From: an uncultured Bacteroidales bacterium
GTDB lineage: Bacteria > Bacteroidota > Bacteroidia > Bacteroidales > Muribaculaceae
NCBI GenBank assembly: GCA_902776955.1
Contig: CACYSG010000003.1
Span: 30,184 to 94,183, forward strand
Direction of reading: 5' to 3'
DNA: 64,000 nucleotides
In this document: piece by piece, positions 1-10,555 of the stretch
How the letters are laid out: each line of letters opens with the position of its first letter
Position numbering within the stretch: position 1 is the first letter of the stretch
Made by a program: the position numbers and the translations under genes
Notes under the pieces: generated by a model
What the model was told of the DNA's origin: nothing
The model's input: only the letters and a program-made list of their open reading frames with translations
Databases searched by the model: none

Positions 1-248
1 GCGTTTTCGGGAAAGAAACTCTTGAACTCGGCATACAACTGCGCAGCAAGCGTCTTGTTGTGTGACAAGACCAGGGTGGGGCGGCCCGTGCGCGCGATGA
101 CGTTGGCCATCGTGAACGTCTTACCCGACCCTGTCACGCCCAGCAGCGTCTGGTAGGGGACGCCGTCGTTGACGCCATCGGCCAGCTCGGCAATCGCCTG
201 CGGCTGGTCGCCAGTGGGCTCATATTCGCTATGCAGTTTATATTCCAT
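1..248 (-). CDS. uvrB: Excinuclease ABC subunit B, N-terminal part (runs off window)
   Basis: Manual translation [22 protein letters not shown]...[19 protein letters not shown]...[25 protein letters not shown]; not in the ORF track because it is truncated. Confidence 0.97.
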   Translation of the reverse strand, partial: MEYKLHSEYEPTGDQPQAIAELADGVNDGVPYQTLLGVTGSGKTFTMANVIARTGRPTLVLSHNKTLAAQLYAEFKSFFPEN

Positions 249-265
249 CGTCCCTCACTTTTTTG

Positions 266-273
266 CAAAGTTA
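266..273 (-). promoter_or_regulatory. Bacteroidetes sigma70 -7 element for uvrB
   Basis: TAACTTTG on minus strand matches TAnnTTTG, 17 nt upstream of the ATG. Confidence 0.6.
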
Positions 274-417
274 CAAAAAAAAACACTTCTCGCTTTATTC
301 TCTCATCTTTTTCCGCTTTTTTCTGTCGCAATAAAAGGCTCTCCTCGGTTAGCGTCGATGCTTCTTCCTCGGGTTGCGTGTCAGTTTTTCCTTTTAGGGT
401 TGCCACAATGCTTCATT

Positions 418-463
418 CTCGGGTTGCGTGTCATTGTATTGCAAGCCACCGGCTTGTAAAAAA
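418..463 (+). repeat. REP-like element, family A (upstream of RAYT); partial copy at 366-383
   Basis: ctcgggttgcgtgtcattgtattgcaagccaccggcttgtaaaaaa; 45/46 identical to 1567-1612; hairpin ttgcaagcc-acc-ggcttgtaa. Confidence 0.85.
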
Positions 464-498
464 ATCCCGCGTCACTTGGGTATAATGAAGATTTAAAC

Positions 499-506
499 TA
501 CCTTTG
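499..506 (+). promoter_or_regulatory. Putative -7 promoter element directly before the RAYT start
   Basis: TACCTTTG, 4 nt before ATG 511. Confidence 0.5.
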
Positions 507-510
507 TGAT

Positions 511-1482
511 ATGGAAGATAACCGCAATGAGCAACGCAGGCAGTGGTTCGAGAAGCACCCTGATCTTCAACCCAACTGGTCCATGAAACGGCGCAAGGCA
601 GGTCACGACTACCGTAGTCGTTGCATCTATATGATAACCCTTGTTGTCGAGGACCGTAAACCCGTCTTGGGAGAGCTTTGTGCTCATGATGACAAACATC
701 CCCAGGCTTGGGTTCATCCAAGCGAATTGGGCCGCCGGATATTGGATTGCTGGAGGGAAATTCGTGATCATTACCCTCAGATTCGACTCATGGCTGTGCA
801 ACTCATGCCTGACCACATGCATGGTGTCATGTTCGTGAAGGAGCCGATGCCCCAGCATTTAGGGCGCGTTATCAATGGCTTCAAGTATGGTTGTAATCAG
901 GTGTCTCGTGAAATGTTGGGCTATCCCTTGTGGGAAGAAGGTTATCACGACCGCATTTTATATGGAAAAGGTCAATTGGTGACGATGGTGCGCTACTTGC
1001 ATGACAATCCACAACGATTATGGATAAAACGCCATCGACCTGAATTTTTCAGGGTGCAGCAAGAGGTTTCTATTGGCGACCGTGTGGTGTCTATTGCAGG
1101 AAACCGCTTTCTGCTGGATTATCCTATTAAGATAGCCGTGAAATGTTCACGCTCGCTGAGTGAGGATGATATCAGGAAGGAAGTCAATCGTTACATGTCC
1201 CAAGCAGCACGAGGTGCAGTGCTTGTGTCGCCCTGCATCAGTCCTGGCGAGAAGGCAGTGATGAGAACAGCCTTTGACGCAGGCATGAAGACGATAGTGT
1301 TGCTCGAGAACGGCTTTTCTTCCATGTGGAAGCCCGGTGGCATCCAGTTCGATGCCTGTGCTCAAGGGCGACTGTTGCTTGTCGCTCCATGGTCTCATCA
1401 CAACGACCGCCGCGTGATTACCCGTGAGCAGTGTAATCAATTGAACGACCTGGCAGCCTCGATAGCAGCCATGGAGTCGTGA
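511..1482 (+). CDS. RAYT/IS200-like HUH (Y1) tyrosine transposase with C-terminal DprA/SLOG-like domain
   Basis: Motifs RRKAGHDY, YMITLV, LMPDHMHG (HUH), LWEEGYHDRI, RYLHDNP (catalytic Tyr); C-terminal GNRFLL..IAVKCSR / GAVLVSP / TIVLLENG / GRLLLV resembles the DprA Rossmann fold. Confidence 0.85.
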   Translation: MEDNRNEQRRQWFEKHPDLQPNWSMKRRKAGHDYRSRCIYMITLVVEDRKPVLGELCAHDDKHPQAWVHPSELGRRILDCWREIRDHYPQIRLMAVQLMPDHMHGVMFVKEPMPQHLGRVINGFKYGCNQVSREMLGYPLWEEGYHDRILYGKGQLVTMVRYLHDNPQRLWIKRHRPEFFRVQQEVSIGDRVVSIAGNRFLLDYPIKIAVKCSRSLSEDDIRKEVNRYMSQAARGAVLVSPCISPGEKAVMRTAFDAGMKTIVLLENGFSSMWKPGGIQFDACAQGRLLLVAPWSHHNDRRVITREQCNQLNDLAASIAAMES

Positions 1483-1490
1483 CAATCAAG

Positions 1491-1612
1491 TTACGGGCCA
1501 GAGGCCCGCAATACACCGACACGCCACCCGCATCAGTTTCATCCCGGGTAGCGTCTCGGTTTTGTCCTCGGGTTGCGTGTCATTGTATTGCAAACCACCG
1601 GCTTGTAAAAAA
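1491..1612. repeat. Inverted pair of family A REP-like elements (REPIN-like) downstream of RAYT
   Basis: 1491-1532 reverse copy (rc tgcgggtggcgtgtcggtgtattgcgggcctctggcccgtaa) and 1567-1612 forward copy. Confidence 0.85.
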
Positions 1613-1790
1613 CCACAGGAATTGGTAAAAATCCAAGGCGATGGTGTTTTTCCCCTTTGTTTGGTGGCGGTATGACGATTTTTTCTTTATCTTTGGGAGT
1701 TAAAAGAGATAGAATTGATGATTCTTGATGGCATGACGTGCCGCTAGCTTTGTTATTTACTTTATTAACCATAATAAAACCAAAGGATTT

Positions 1791-2706
1791 ATGAAAAAGA
1801 CGATTCTTTTATTCTTAGTTTTCTGTGCTGCTTTGATGGCACAGGCCCAGAACGATGAACCGACGGCCATCTTGCAGCATGGCAACCAAGCAACCGTGTA
1901 CACTGGTGTCAATGCGTTTCAGTTGGCATACAATGCCGCTGCTACAGGTGACGTGATTACCCTGTCAGCAGGTACTTTTAATGCACCAACAAATCGATTA
2001 TCAAAGAGTCTATCAATTTATGGTGCAGGATTTGAGATGGACGAAACTACAGGGACAGATAAAACATTAATTAATGGCAGGTTGGTGCTTGAAAGTATAA
2101 ACGATGCTATATTGGAAGGCTTATATGTACAAGGAGACATTGAGAGTGTGTATGGTATGACTAATACGATAATCAGCCGCTGTTATGTGACTGGCAAAAT
2201 TACTACTTTTGCAATCACGGACTCCCAAATCAATCAATGCTATATAGGTGATGCAATTACAAAAGGTTCAAGTGCAAATTACTTAGCCACCAATTTGCAT
2301 ATATCCAACTCGAGTATTTCATGGGTCGGTAATTATGCATCCCCAAACTCTATCTACATCGACCATTGCCTTGTGCGTGATAGATTTGGTGGAAGTGCAA
2401 ATGCAACTAACAATGCCAATACATACACCAACTGCATTTTCACTGGTTCAGGAACATACACGGCTAATGGCTCATTGATGACCAACTGCATCTATGGCCG
2501 ATGGAGAGAATGCGGACTATTCGGTTGAGCGCACCTACCAGTTGCAGCAGCCCAATGTGTGGGTGGGCACCGATGGCACGCCCATCGGCCCGTCAGGTGG
2601 TCTTGGCTGGATCAAGTATCCCAGCACGCCCGTTGTAAAGGACTTGCAACTCAATGTGGAGAGTGGTTCAATCCTTAACATTAACTATGATGCTGAGGTA
2701 AGATAA
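1791..2706 (+). pseudogene. Secreted beta-helix-like hypothetical protein, frameshifted near 2496 (ORFs 1791-2528 and 2494-2706)
   Basis: Signal peptide, GDVITLSAGTF and repeated NC-I/F motifs; the coding-like C-terminus ADGENADYS..GTDGTPIGPSGG..YDAEVR continues in another frame after atctatggccgat. Confidence 0.6.
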
Positions 2707-2723
2707 ATATTCATTGCTAAAAC

Positions 2724-3374
2724 ATGAAGATTATGAATATTTTTAGAAGTCTTATACTCGTCGCCATTGCGATAACAGCATTTGCGGCAACGGCACAGAA
2801 AAGTATCGTCCAGCGCAAATGTTGGCTCGACGGCAACATTGCCGCCAGCCAATCATTAGCCGAAGGCCCCGTGTCTATCGATATCTCGTCCCTCAAGGCG
2901 GGCCTTCACTCGTTTGCAATTCGTGTTCAGGATAGCGACGGGAAATGGAGCTCTAGCGTTACCAGGTTTTTCCTCAAGCCTGCCGCTCCGAGTGAGGCAA
3001 CCATCGTGCGTTGCATGTACTGCTTTGACGGTGATATCCAGCATGCTGTGACGGCTCCATTGGAGGGCAACAACGGCGTGATAAGTGTGGATGTGATTGA
3101 GTTAGCTGCTGGTGAACACACACTCTCATGGATTGTAGGTGATGACAAGGGAGCGTGGAGCGAGGTCACCACCGAAATGGTTTACATTCCTTACCACGAT
3201 GGTGACGTGAACCATGACAACGAGATCAACATCACCGATGTCACCGCGCTCATCAGTAGCGTATTAAATGATGATCCCAGTGTAATTAATGTGGAAAGTG
3301 CAGACTTTAACGGTGATGGCAATGTCAACATCTCTGATATTGTCGCCTTGATTAATTATATCCTGAACAACTAG
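2724..3374 (+). CDS. Secreted protein with two Ig-like repeats and C-terminal dockerin-type domain
   Basis: Signal peptide; two ..GxHxxxxxVxDxxGxWS repeats; GDVNHDNEINITDV / ADFNGDGNVNISDI dockerin repeats. Confidence 0.8.
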   Translation: MKIMNIFRSLILVAIAITAFAATAQKSIVQRKCWLDGNIAASQSLAEGPVSIDISSLKAGLHSFAIRVQDSDGKWSSSVTRFFLKPAAPSEATIVRCMYCFDGDIQHAVTAPLEGNNGVISVDVIELAAGEHTLSWIVGDDKGAWSEVTTEMVYIPYHDGDVNHDNEINITDVTALISSVLNDDPSVINVESADFNGDGNVNISDIVALINYILNN

Positions 3375-3387
3375 TCCTCTTTTCTTT

Positions 3388-3480
3388 GGGTCTCAAAGCC
3401 CATATTACTACAACACGCCACCCGCAGCATGGCATCCGCAGGTGGCGTGTTGGTGTATTGCAAGCCTTCGGCTTGTAAAA
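3388..3480. repeat. Inverted pair of family A REP-like elements between convergent genes
   Basis: caacacgccacccgc (3411-3425) faces gcaggtggcgtgttggtgtattgcaagccttcggcttgtaaaa (3438-3480). Confidence 0.8.
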
Positions 3481-3486
3481 GTGTAG

Positions 3487-4824
3487 TTAGAACTGGCGGG
3501 CGGCGGTCAGCGTCACCTCGCTCAGGGTGGGGTGGCCGTGGATGCTGCTGGTGAGCAGGTCGACGGTGGCACCGGCATTCATTGCGGTGACAACTTCCTG
3601 GATGAGGTCGGCTGCATGGGCACCGCAGATGTGGCAACCCACAATCTGGCGCGTGGCGTTATCGACGATCATCTTGAGCAGACCGTCGGTCTCGTTCATG
3701 GCGACCGCCTTGCCGTTGCTGCGGAAGAAAGCCTTCTTCACTGTCACGTCAAGGCCCTTCTCGGCGCACTGCTCCTCGGTGAGGCCCACCATGGCCAACT
3801 CGGGCACGGTGAACACGGCGCTGGGCACGATGTCGAGCTTGATGTCGTCGGCCTTGCCCATGATGGCGTGCAAGGCACGCAGGCCCTGTGCGCTGGCAGC
3901 GTGGGCGAGCATCATGCGACCATTCACGTCACCGATGGCATAAACGCCGGGCGCGTTGGTCATCATGTTGTCGTCCACCTCGATGCCGCGGCGGCCCACA
4001 GTAACGCCCACGGCGTCAAGGCCCTGGGGAAGAACCGGTTGGCGACCAACGGACATGAGCACCTTCTCGGCTGTCACGCTCTGGGGCTTGCCCTTGAGTT
4101 CATAAGATACGGTAAATCCGTTTTCATCCTGGCTGATGCCATTGACGGCAGCGCTGGTGATGATCTTGATGCCGCGCTTGCTCAGGACGGTTTTCAGGCG
4201 CTTGGCCACATCCTTGTCAAACGGCGGCAGGATTTCCTTGCAGTACTCGATGACGGTCACCTCAACGCCAAATGTGCTGAAGACGGCGGCAAACTCCATG
4301 CCGATGACGCCACCACCCACGATGCACAGGCTCTTGGGCAGGGTTTCCATCGCCAGGATATCGTCGCTGGTCATTGCCAGGTCGGCACCCTCGATGGGCA
4401 GGCCGCGCGGAGCAGAACCCGTAGCGATGATGATGTTCTTGGCACTGTATTCCTCACCGTTGACAACGACGGTGTTGGCATCCTTGAGGACGGCCTCACC
4501 CTTGATGGCAGTGATGCCGGGAGCGCCCATGAGCATCTCCACACCCTCGCGCAACTGCTTGACTACAGCCTCCTTGCGTTCAAACACGGGAGCATAGTCA
4601 AAAGCCATCTCGCCGGTTTTCACACCCCACACCTCGGCTTCGCGCATGAGGTTGATGACCTCAGCGTTGCGGCAGAGGGCCTTGGTGGGGATACAACCGC
4701 GGTTCAGGCACGTGCCACCCATCTGGTCACGCTCGACGATAGCGACGGTCAGGCCGTGAGCAGCGGCATCGGCAGCGGTCTCGTAACCGCCAGGACCGGC
4801 ACCAATTATGATAATGTCAAACAT
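3487..4824 (-). CDS. lpdA: Dihydrolipoyl dehydrogenase (GCS L protein)
   Basis: GAGPGGY, GGTCLNRGCIPTK redox disulfide, GGGVIGME, HPTLSE. Confidence 0.96.
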   Translation of the reverse strand: MFDIIIIGAGPGGYETAADAAAHGLTVAIVERDQMGGTCLNRGCIPTKALCRNAEVINLMREAEVWGVKTGEMAFDYAPVFERKEAVVKQLREGVEMLMGAPGITAIKGEAVLKDANTVVVNGEEYSAKNIIIATGSAPRGLPIEGADLAMTSDDILAMETLPKSLCIVGGGVIGMEFAAVFSTFGVEVTVIEYCKEILPPFDKDVAKRLKTVLSKRGIKIITSAAVNGISQDENGFTVSYELKGKPQSVTAEKVLMSVGRQPVLPQGLDAVGVTVGRRGIEVDDNMMTNAPGVYAIGDVNGRMMLAHAASAQGLRALHAIMGKADDIKLDIVPSAVFTVPELAMVGLTEEQCAEKGLDVTVKKAFFRSNGKAVAMNETDGLLKMIVDNATRQIVGCHICGAHAADLIQEVVTAMNAGATVDLLTSSIHGHPTLSEVTLTAARQF

Positions 4825-4865
4825 ACTTCTTGATTGAATGGATTACAAATTGAGTTTAACAAAGC

Positions 4866-4937
4866 CTCACGCTAAGGCGCAAAGTCGCTAAGAATCAATA
4901 TAATTAAAGACTTAGCGTCTTAGCGACTTAGCGTGAG
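4866..4937. repeat. Inverted 8-mer-repeat element, family B (cacgctaag-gcgcaaag-tcgctaag ... cttagcgtgag)
   Basis: Arms 4866-4892 and 4911-4937; same arms at 59675-59841 and 61119-61143. Confidence 0.8.
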
Positions 4938-4959
4938 CAATTTCGGTCGTAGTGTCGTT

Positions 4960-6443
4960 TTACTGGTTGTCGGCAACGAGCTCGCGCCAAGTTACGATGG
5001 GATGCAGGGCAGCCTGGGTGTCGTCGAGGCGACGCACGGGCGTGTTGTGCGGAGCGGTCTTCACCATCTCGGGATCATCCTTGGCTTCCTGAGCGATCAC
5101 ACGCATGATGCGGATGAACTCGTCGAGGGTCTGCTTGCTCTCGTTCTCGGTGGGCTCTACCATGAGGGCCTCGTGGAACAGCAAGGGGAAGTAGATGGTG
5201 GGAGCATGGAAGCCGTAATCCAGCAGACGCTTGGCCACGTCGAGGGTGGTAACGCCGGTGGACTTGTCCTTCAAACCGTCATAGACGAACTCGTGCTTGC
5301 ACACGCCGCCGATGGGCAGCTCATATACATCCTTCAACGACTCCTTGATGTAGTTGGCGTTGAGCGTAGCCAGCGGGCCGACCCACTTGAGCTGGTCGCG
5401 GCCCAGGGTCAGGATATAGGCCAGGGCGCGCATCATCACGCTGAAGTTGCCCAGGTGACCGCTGATGCTGCCGATGGACTTGTCGCTGCACTCTACCTTG
5501 AAGTAGTCGTAGTCGTCCTCCTCAACTTTCACGACGCGGGGATTGGGGAGCAGGTGCTCCAGACCCTCACGCACGCCGACGGGACCACTGCCGGGACCGC
5601 CACCGCCGTGAGGCGTCGAGAAGGTCTTGTGCAGGTTGATGTGCATGATGTCGAAGCCGATGTCACCGGGACGCACCTTGCCCGGGGTTCAGGTTAGCGC
5701 CGTCGTAGTACATCAGACCGCCGCAGTCATGAACAGCCTTGGCGATAACGCCGATGTTCTGCTCAAAGATACCCAGCGTGTTGGGGTTGGTCATCATCAT
5801 ACCTGCAACGGTGTCGTCGAGCAGGGGACGCAGGTCGTCCACGTCGACGGTGCCGTCGGGACGGCTCTTCACCACAACCACATCCATGCCGCAGACGGCT
5901 GAGCTGGCGGGGTTAGTGCCGTGGGCGCTGTCGGGGATAATCACCTTGGTGCGCTTCATGTCGCCACGCTCCATGTGGTAGCCACGCATGATCATCAAGC
6001 CCGTCAACTCACCGTGAGCACCGGCATAGGGGTTCAGGGTGAACTCCTTCAGGCCCGAAATCTCGGCCAGGCTGGTCTGCAGGAAGTAGTAAACGGCCAG
6101 TGCGCCCTGGGCGGTCTCGGGATTCTGCAGCGGGTGCAGGCCCGTGAACTCGCGGTGGGCAGCGATTTCCTCGTTGATCTTGGGATTGTACTTCATGGTG
6201 CAGGAACCCAGGGGATAGAAACCCGTGTCCACACCGAAGTTGTTGTTACTCATGTTGGTGTAGTGACGTACGACGCTCAACTCGTCAACCTCGGGCAGCA
6301 GCGGTGCGTTTTCGCGCATCAGGCCCTTGGGGAGATCGCTCATCTTGTACTCGGCACACCTGTTCTCGGGCAGGGAATAACCCTGACGGCCATTCTGTGA
6401 CAACTCAAATATGAGTTTACCGTAAAAAGTGAGTGTTATTCAT
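4960..6443 (-). pseudogene. gcvPB: Glycine dehydrogenase subunit 2, reading frame broken twice (real lesion or assembly error)
   Basis: YPLGSCTMKYNP, PDSAHGTNPAS, HINLHKTFSTPHGGGGPG; extra T in a T5 run at 6424-6428 and frame change at 5683/5684 (GANLNP..GKVRPGD). Confidence 0.85.
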
Positions 6444-6445
6444 AA

Positions 6446-7792
<1,347 letters not shown>

Positions 7793-7820
7793 TGATTAAT
7801 AGACGGTTTTTGTTTTTTAA

Positions 7821-7865
7821 AAAGTTTCAAAAGTCCTTAAGGTTGTTAAGGTCCTTAAGGACTTT
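7821..7865. repeat. Degenerate 9-mer tandem repeat (aaggtcctt-like, about 5 copies)
   Basis: aaagtttca aaagtcctt aaggttgtt aaggtcctt aaggacttt, downstream of the gcvH stop. Confidence 0.7.
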
Positions 7866-7889
7866 ATTGCCTTTTATTCAATTCTTTAA

Positions 7890-8270
7890 TTATTCGCCGA
7901 TCATGGCCTTGTAGGCAGCTGCATCCATCAGGTTGTCGAGCTCGCTCTTGTCGCTGAGTTCCACCTTGATGATCCAGTTCTCAAAGGCATCCTTGTTGAT
8001 CAGGCCGGGCTCGTCCTCAAGGGCTTCGTTTACCTCGACAACGGTACCGCTAACGGGTGACATCAGGTCGCTGGCGGCCTTCACGCTCTCAACGGCGCCA
8101 AAGTCCTCACCTGCGGTTACCTCATCGTCAACCTCGGGCATGTCAACGTAAACCACGTTACCCAGCTCGTGCTGAGCATAGTCGGTGATACCAATGAAAC
8201 CGAAGTCGCCTTCTACCTTTACATACTCATGTGACTCGCTGTAATAGAGTCCTTCGATAATCTTACTCAT
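7890..8270 (-). CDS. gcvH: Glycine cleavage system H protein
   Basis: GITDYAQ, VESVKAASD lipoyl-lysine motif. Confidence 0.97.
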   Translation of the reverse strand: MSKIIEGLYYSESHEYVKVEGDFGFIGITDYAQHELGNVVYVDMPEVDDEVTAGEDFGAVESVKAASDLMSPVSGTVVEVNEALEDEPGLINKDAFENWIIKVELSDKSELDNLMDAAAYKAMIGE

Positions 8271-8332
8271 TTTGTTATAAATAATTAATTAGTTAATATT
8301 TTGTTTCTTAATAAATTGTCTTGAATCAATCA

Positions 8333-8363
8333 GCTAAAGGCTAATTGCTATTAGCTAATAGCT
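8333..8363. repeat. 7-mer tandem repeat (gctaata-like, 4+ copies)
   Basis: gctaaag gctaatt gctatta gctaata gct, directly after the gcvT stop. Confidence 0.7.
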
Positions 8364-8366
8364 CTT

Positions 8367-10391
8367 TTACTTCTTGTAATTGGGGGTATAGAAGCGTTTT
8401 TTGACCACGGTGGCGGGGAACACTTTCTTGCGGATGCGCACGTTCAACGTGTTGCCCAGGGCACCAACGGCACGGTCAACCAGGGCGAAGGCTACACTCT
8501 TGTCCAGCGTGATGCTGTGGTAGCCAGTGGTGATGTAACCCACAACGTTCTCGCCGTCGAGAACCTCGTAGCCGTGGCGGGGGATAGCTTTGCCTTCAAG
8601 TTCCAGACCCACAAGCTTCTTGGGGGTGCCTTCGGCCTTCTGCTGGGCGCAGGCATCACGACCGATGAAGCCGCCTTCCTTGTCGAGCTTCACAAACATG
8701 CCGAAAGTGGCAGCGATAGGCGAGATCTCGGGAGTCAGCTCGTCGCCATACAGGGGCAGACCGGCCTCAAAGCGCAGGGTGTCGCGGCAGCCCAGACCGC
8801 AGGGCTGTACGCCAGCGTCCATGAGCATGTCCCACATCTTGCAGATGATAGCGGGATCGGCATACACCTCGAAACCGTCCTCGCCGGTATAACCGGTGCG
8901 GCTCACGATGATGGTCTTGCCGTCATATTCCATTTTCTTGAATGTGTAGAACGTCAGGTCTGTGGTGTCGATATTCAGCACAGCGGCCATGGTCTTCTCG
9001 GCCTCGGGGCCTTGAACGGCGATTTGGCCGTAGAGCTCGCTCTGGTGGTCAACCTTCACGTCGAAGTTCTTGGCCTGCTCCATGATCCAAGCCACATCCT
9101 TGTCGATGTTGGCTGCATTGATGACCAGGAAGTAGTCGTTGTCGTCAACACGGTATACCAGCAGGTCATCAACAGTGCCACCGTCGGGATACAGCATCAT
9201 GCCGTACAGGATCTGACCGGCCTTGATGGCGTTGATGTCATTGGTGAAGATGTAGTTGGTGAATTTGGCGGCATCGGGGCCGGTGATTTCTACCTCGCCC
9301 ATGTGCGACACGTCAAAAACACCCACCTTTTGACGAACAGCGTTGTGCTCGGTGGTGATATCTACATACTGGATGGGCATGTCGTAACCAGCAAAGGGGG
9401 ACATGAGAGCGCCTTGCGCCACGTGCCTGTCATGCAGACAGGTAACTTTGATTTCTTCAGTCACGGTTTCATCACAGCCGTCGATGGCCGCTTGCAAGTC
9501 TTCGGCAGTGAGTTTTGAGCCTTTAAGGTGCTCTAGCAAGGCCATGCGGGCATCCTCGCAGACGGGCAGGAAATCGCCCGTCAAGTGCAGGTCATGAATC
9601 ACGTTGTGCCGCAACTCGATGTTGAGATACAGGCTGCCAACGCCCTCAATGCGGCCGCCGCGGGTGACCTCGCTGCGCGGATTGTTGCCCCACAGGAACG
9701 AAGGCTCCAGATAGGACTTGGTGATCAGCTCAATCTCGGCCACATCGTCCCCGTTGAGCTTGATTTCCCCGTCACACAACGTTTCACGCACATATTGCTT
9801 GAAGGCCTCGATATCCATGGTCAGGTGCTCGCCGAGCATCGTGATGTGGCTGCGAACCGACTCCACGCCCTTGCTGGTGAGCTTCTCGCGCGACGGGGTG
9901 ATGGCATTGAGCATGTGCTCCATGTTGGTGCCGTAGAGCATCGTGCCGTGGACAATGCTGCGCCCGGGGATGTGGTAAAAGGCGTTGCCGCTCACCTTGC
10001 GCCCGTCGATGAGCACGTCGTTGCGGTCGCTGGCGGTGGCGTTAAGTCCCAAGCCGCGCAGCATCTCGGCAACAGCGCTCGTATAAGTGCTGAAGGTCGT
10101 CTGCACCTCATCGCTGCGGGTGATGTAGCTGAACATGATATTGTCACGGTCGGCATACACACAGCCGCCGCCACTGCGGCGTCGATAGAAAGCGATGCCG
10201 TTCTCCTGGCAATATGCCACATTCACCTCGTTGTCAATGAGCTGATTGCGTCCAAAAATCACCGTTGGGTCAACTTGCCACATGAAGAAGATGTCATCCT
10301 CTCCAATGATGCGAGCAGCATACTCCTCCATTGCCAGATAGAAAGGGAGGATATGCGTCGCGTTGTCAGGCAGACTAAGGTATTTCATCAT
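8367..10391 (-). CDS. gcvT: Lipoate-protein ligase A fused in frame to aminomethyltransferase GcvT
   Basis: N-half RRRSGGGCVY, KVSGNA, HGTML (LplA); C-half FAGYDMPIQY, FDVSHMG, SRTGYTGEDGFE, GLGCRDTLRFEAG (GcvT). Confidence 0.9.
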   Translation of the reverse strand: MMKYLSLPDNATHILPFYLAMEEYAARIIGEDDIFFMWQVDPTVIFGRNQLIDNEVNVAYCQENGIAFYRRRSGGGCVYADRDNIMFSYITRSDEVQTTFSTYTSAVAEMLRGLGLNATASDRNDVLIDGRKVSGNAFYHIPGRSIVHGTMLYGTNMEHMLNAITPSREKLTSKGVESVRSHITMLGEHLTMDIEAFKQYVRETLCDGEIKLNGDDVAEIELITKSYLEPSFLWGNNPRSEVTRGGRIEGVGSLYLNIELRHNVIHDLHLTGDFLPVCEDARMALLEHLKGSKLTAEDLQAAIDGCDETVTEEIKVTCLHDRHVAQGALMSPFAGYDMPIQYVDITTEHNAVRQKVGVFDVSHMGEVEITGPDAAKFTNYIFTNDINAIKAGQILYGMMLYPDGGTVDDLLVYRVDDNDYFLVINAANIDKDVAWIMEQAKNFDVKVDHQSELYGQIAVQGPEAEKTMAAVLNIDTTDLTFYTFKKMEYDGKTIIVSRTGYTGEDGFEVYADPAIICKMWDMLMDAGVQPCGLGCRDTLRFEAGLPLYGDELTPEISPIAATFGMFVKLDKEGGFIGRDACAQQKAEGTPKKLVGLELEGKAIPRHGYEVLDGENVVGYITTGYHSITLDKSVAFALVDRAVGALGNTLNVRIRKKVFPATVVKKRFYTPNYKK

Positions 10392-10490
10392 GTCTTGCTA
10401 AAGTACCCACAAAAGTAAAGCAAATTCCCCACATTATAAAATAAAAACCAATAATTATTATTAAAACCCCGATTTTGGCACTTCTGCACC

Positions 10491-10522
10491 AAAAAAAGGC
10501 CGCAGTGTGCGACTGCGGCTTT
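10491..10522. terminator. Rho-independent terminator after the porin-family gene
   Basis: gccgcagt-gtgcg-actgcggc hairpin with an A7 run giving a U-tract on the minus strand. Confidence 0.75.
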
Positions 10523-10555
10523 ATGTGTGTGCCCTGAAACGGGCCTGTCGGTTTT

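Noticed and set aside
511-1482. IS200/IS605 element with TnpB or IscB
   Set aside because: No RuvC or zinc-finger ORF is adjacent; motifs and flanks fit the RAYT type
10392-10490. Glycine riboswitch upstream of the gcv operon
   Set aside because: The region is short and AT-rich, a promoter-like motif lies close to the start, and no aptamer motifs were seen
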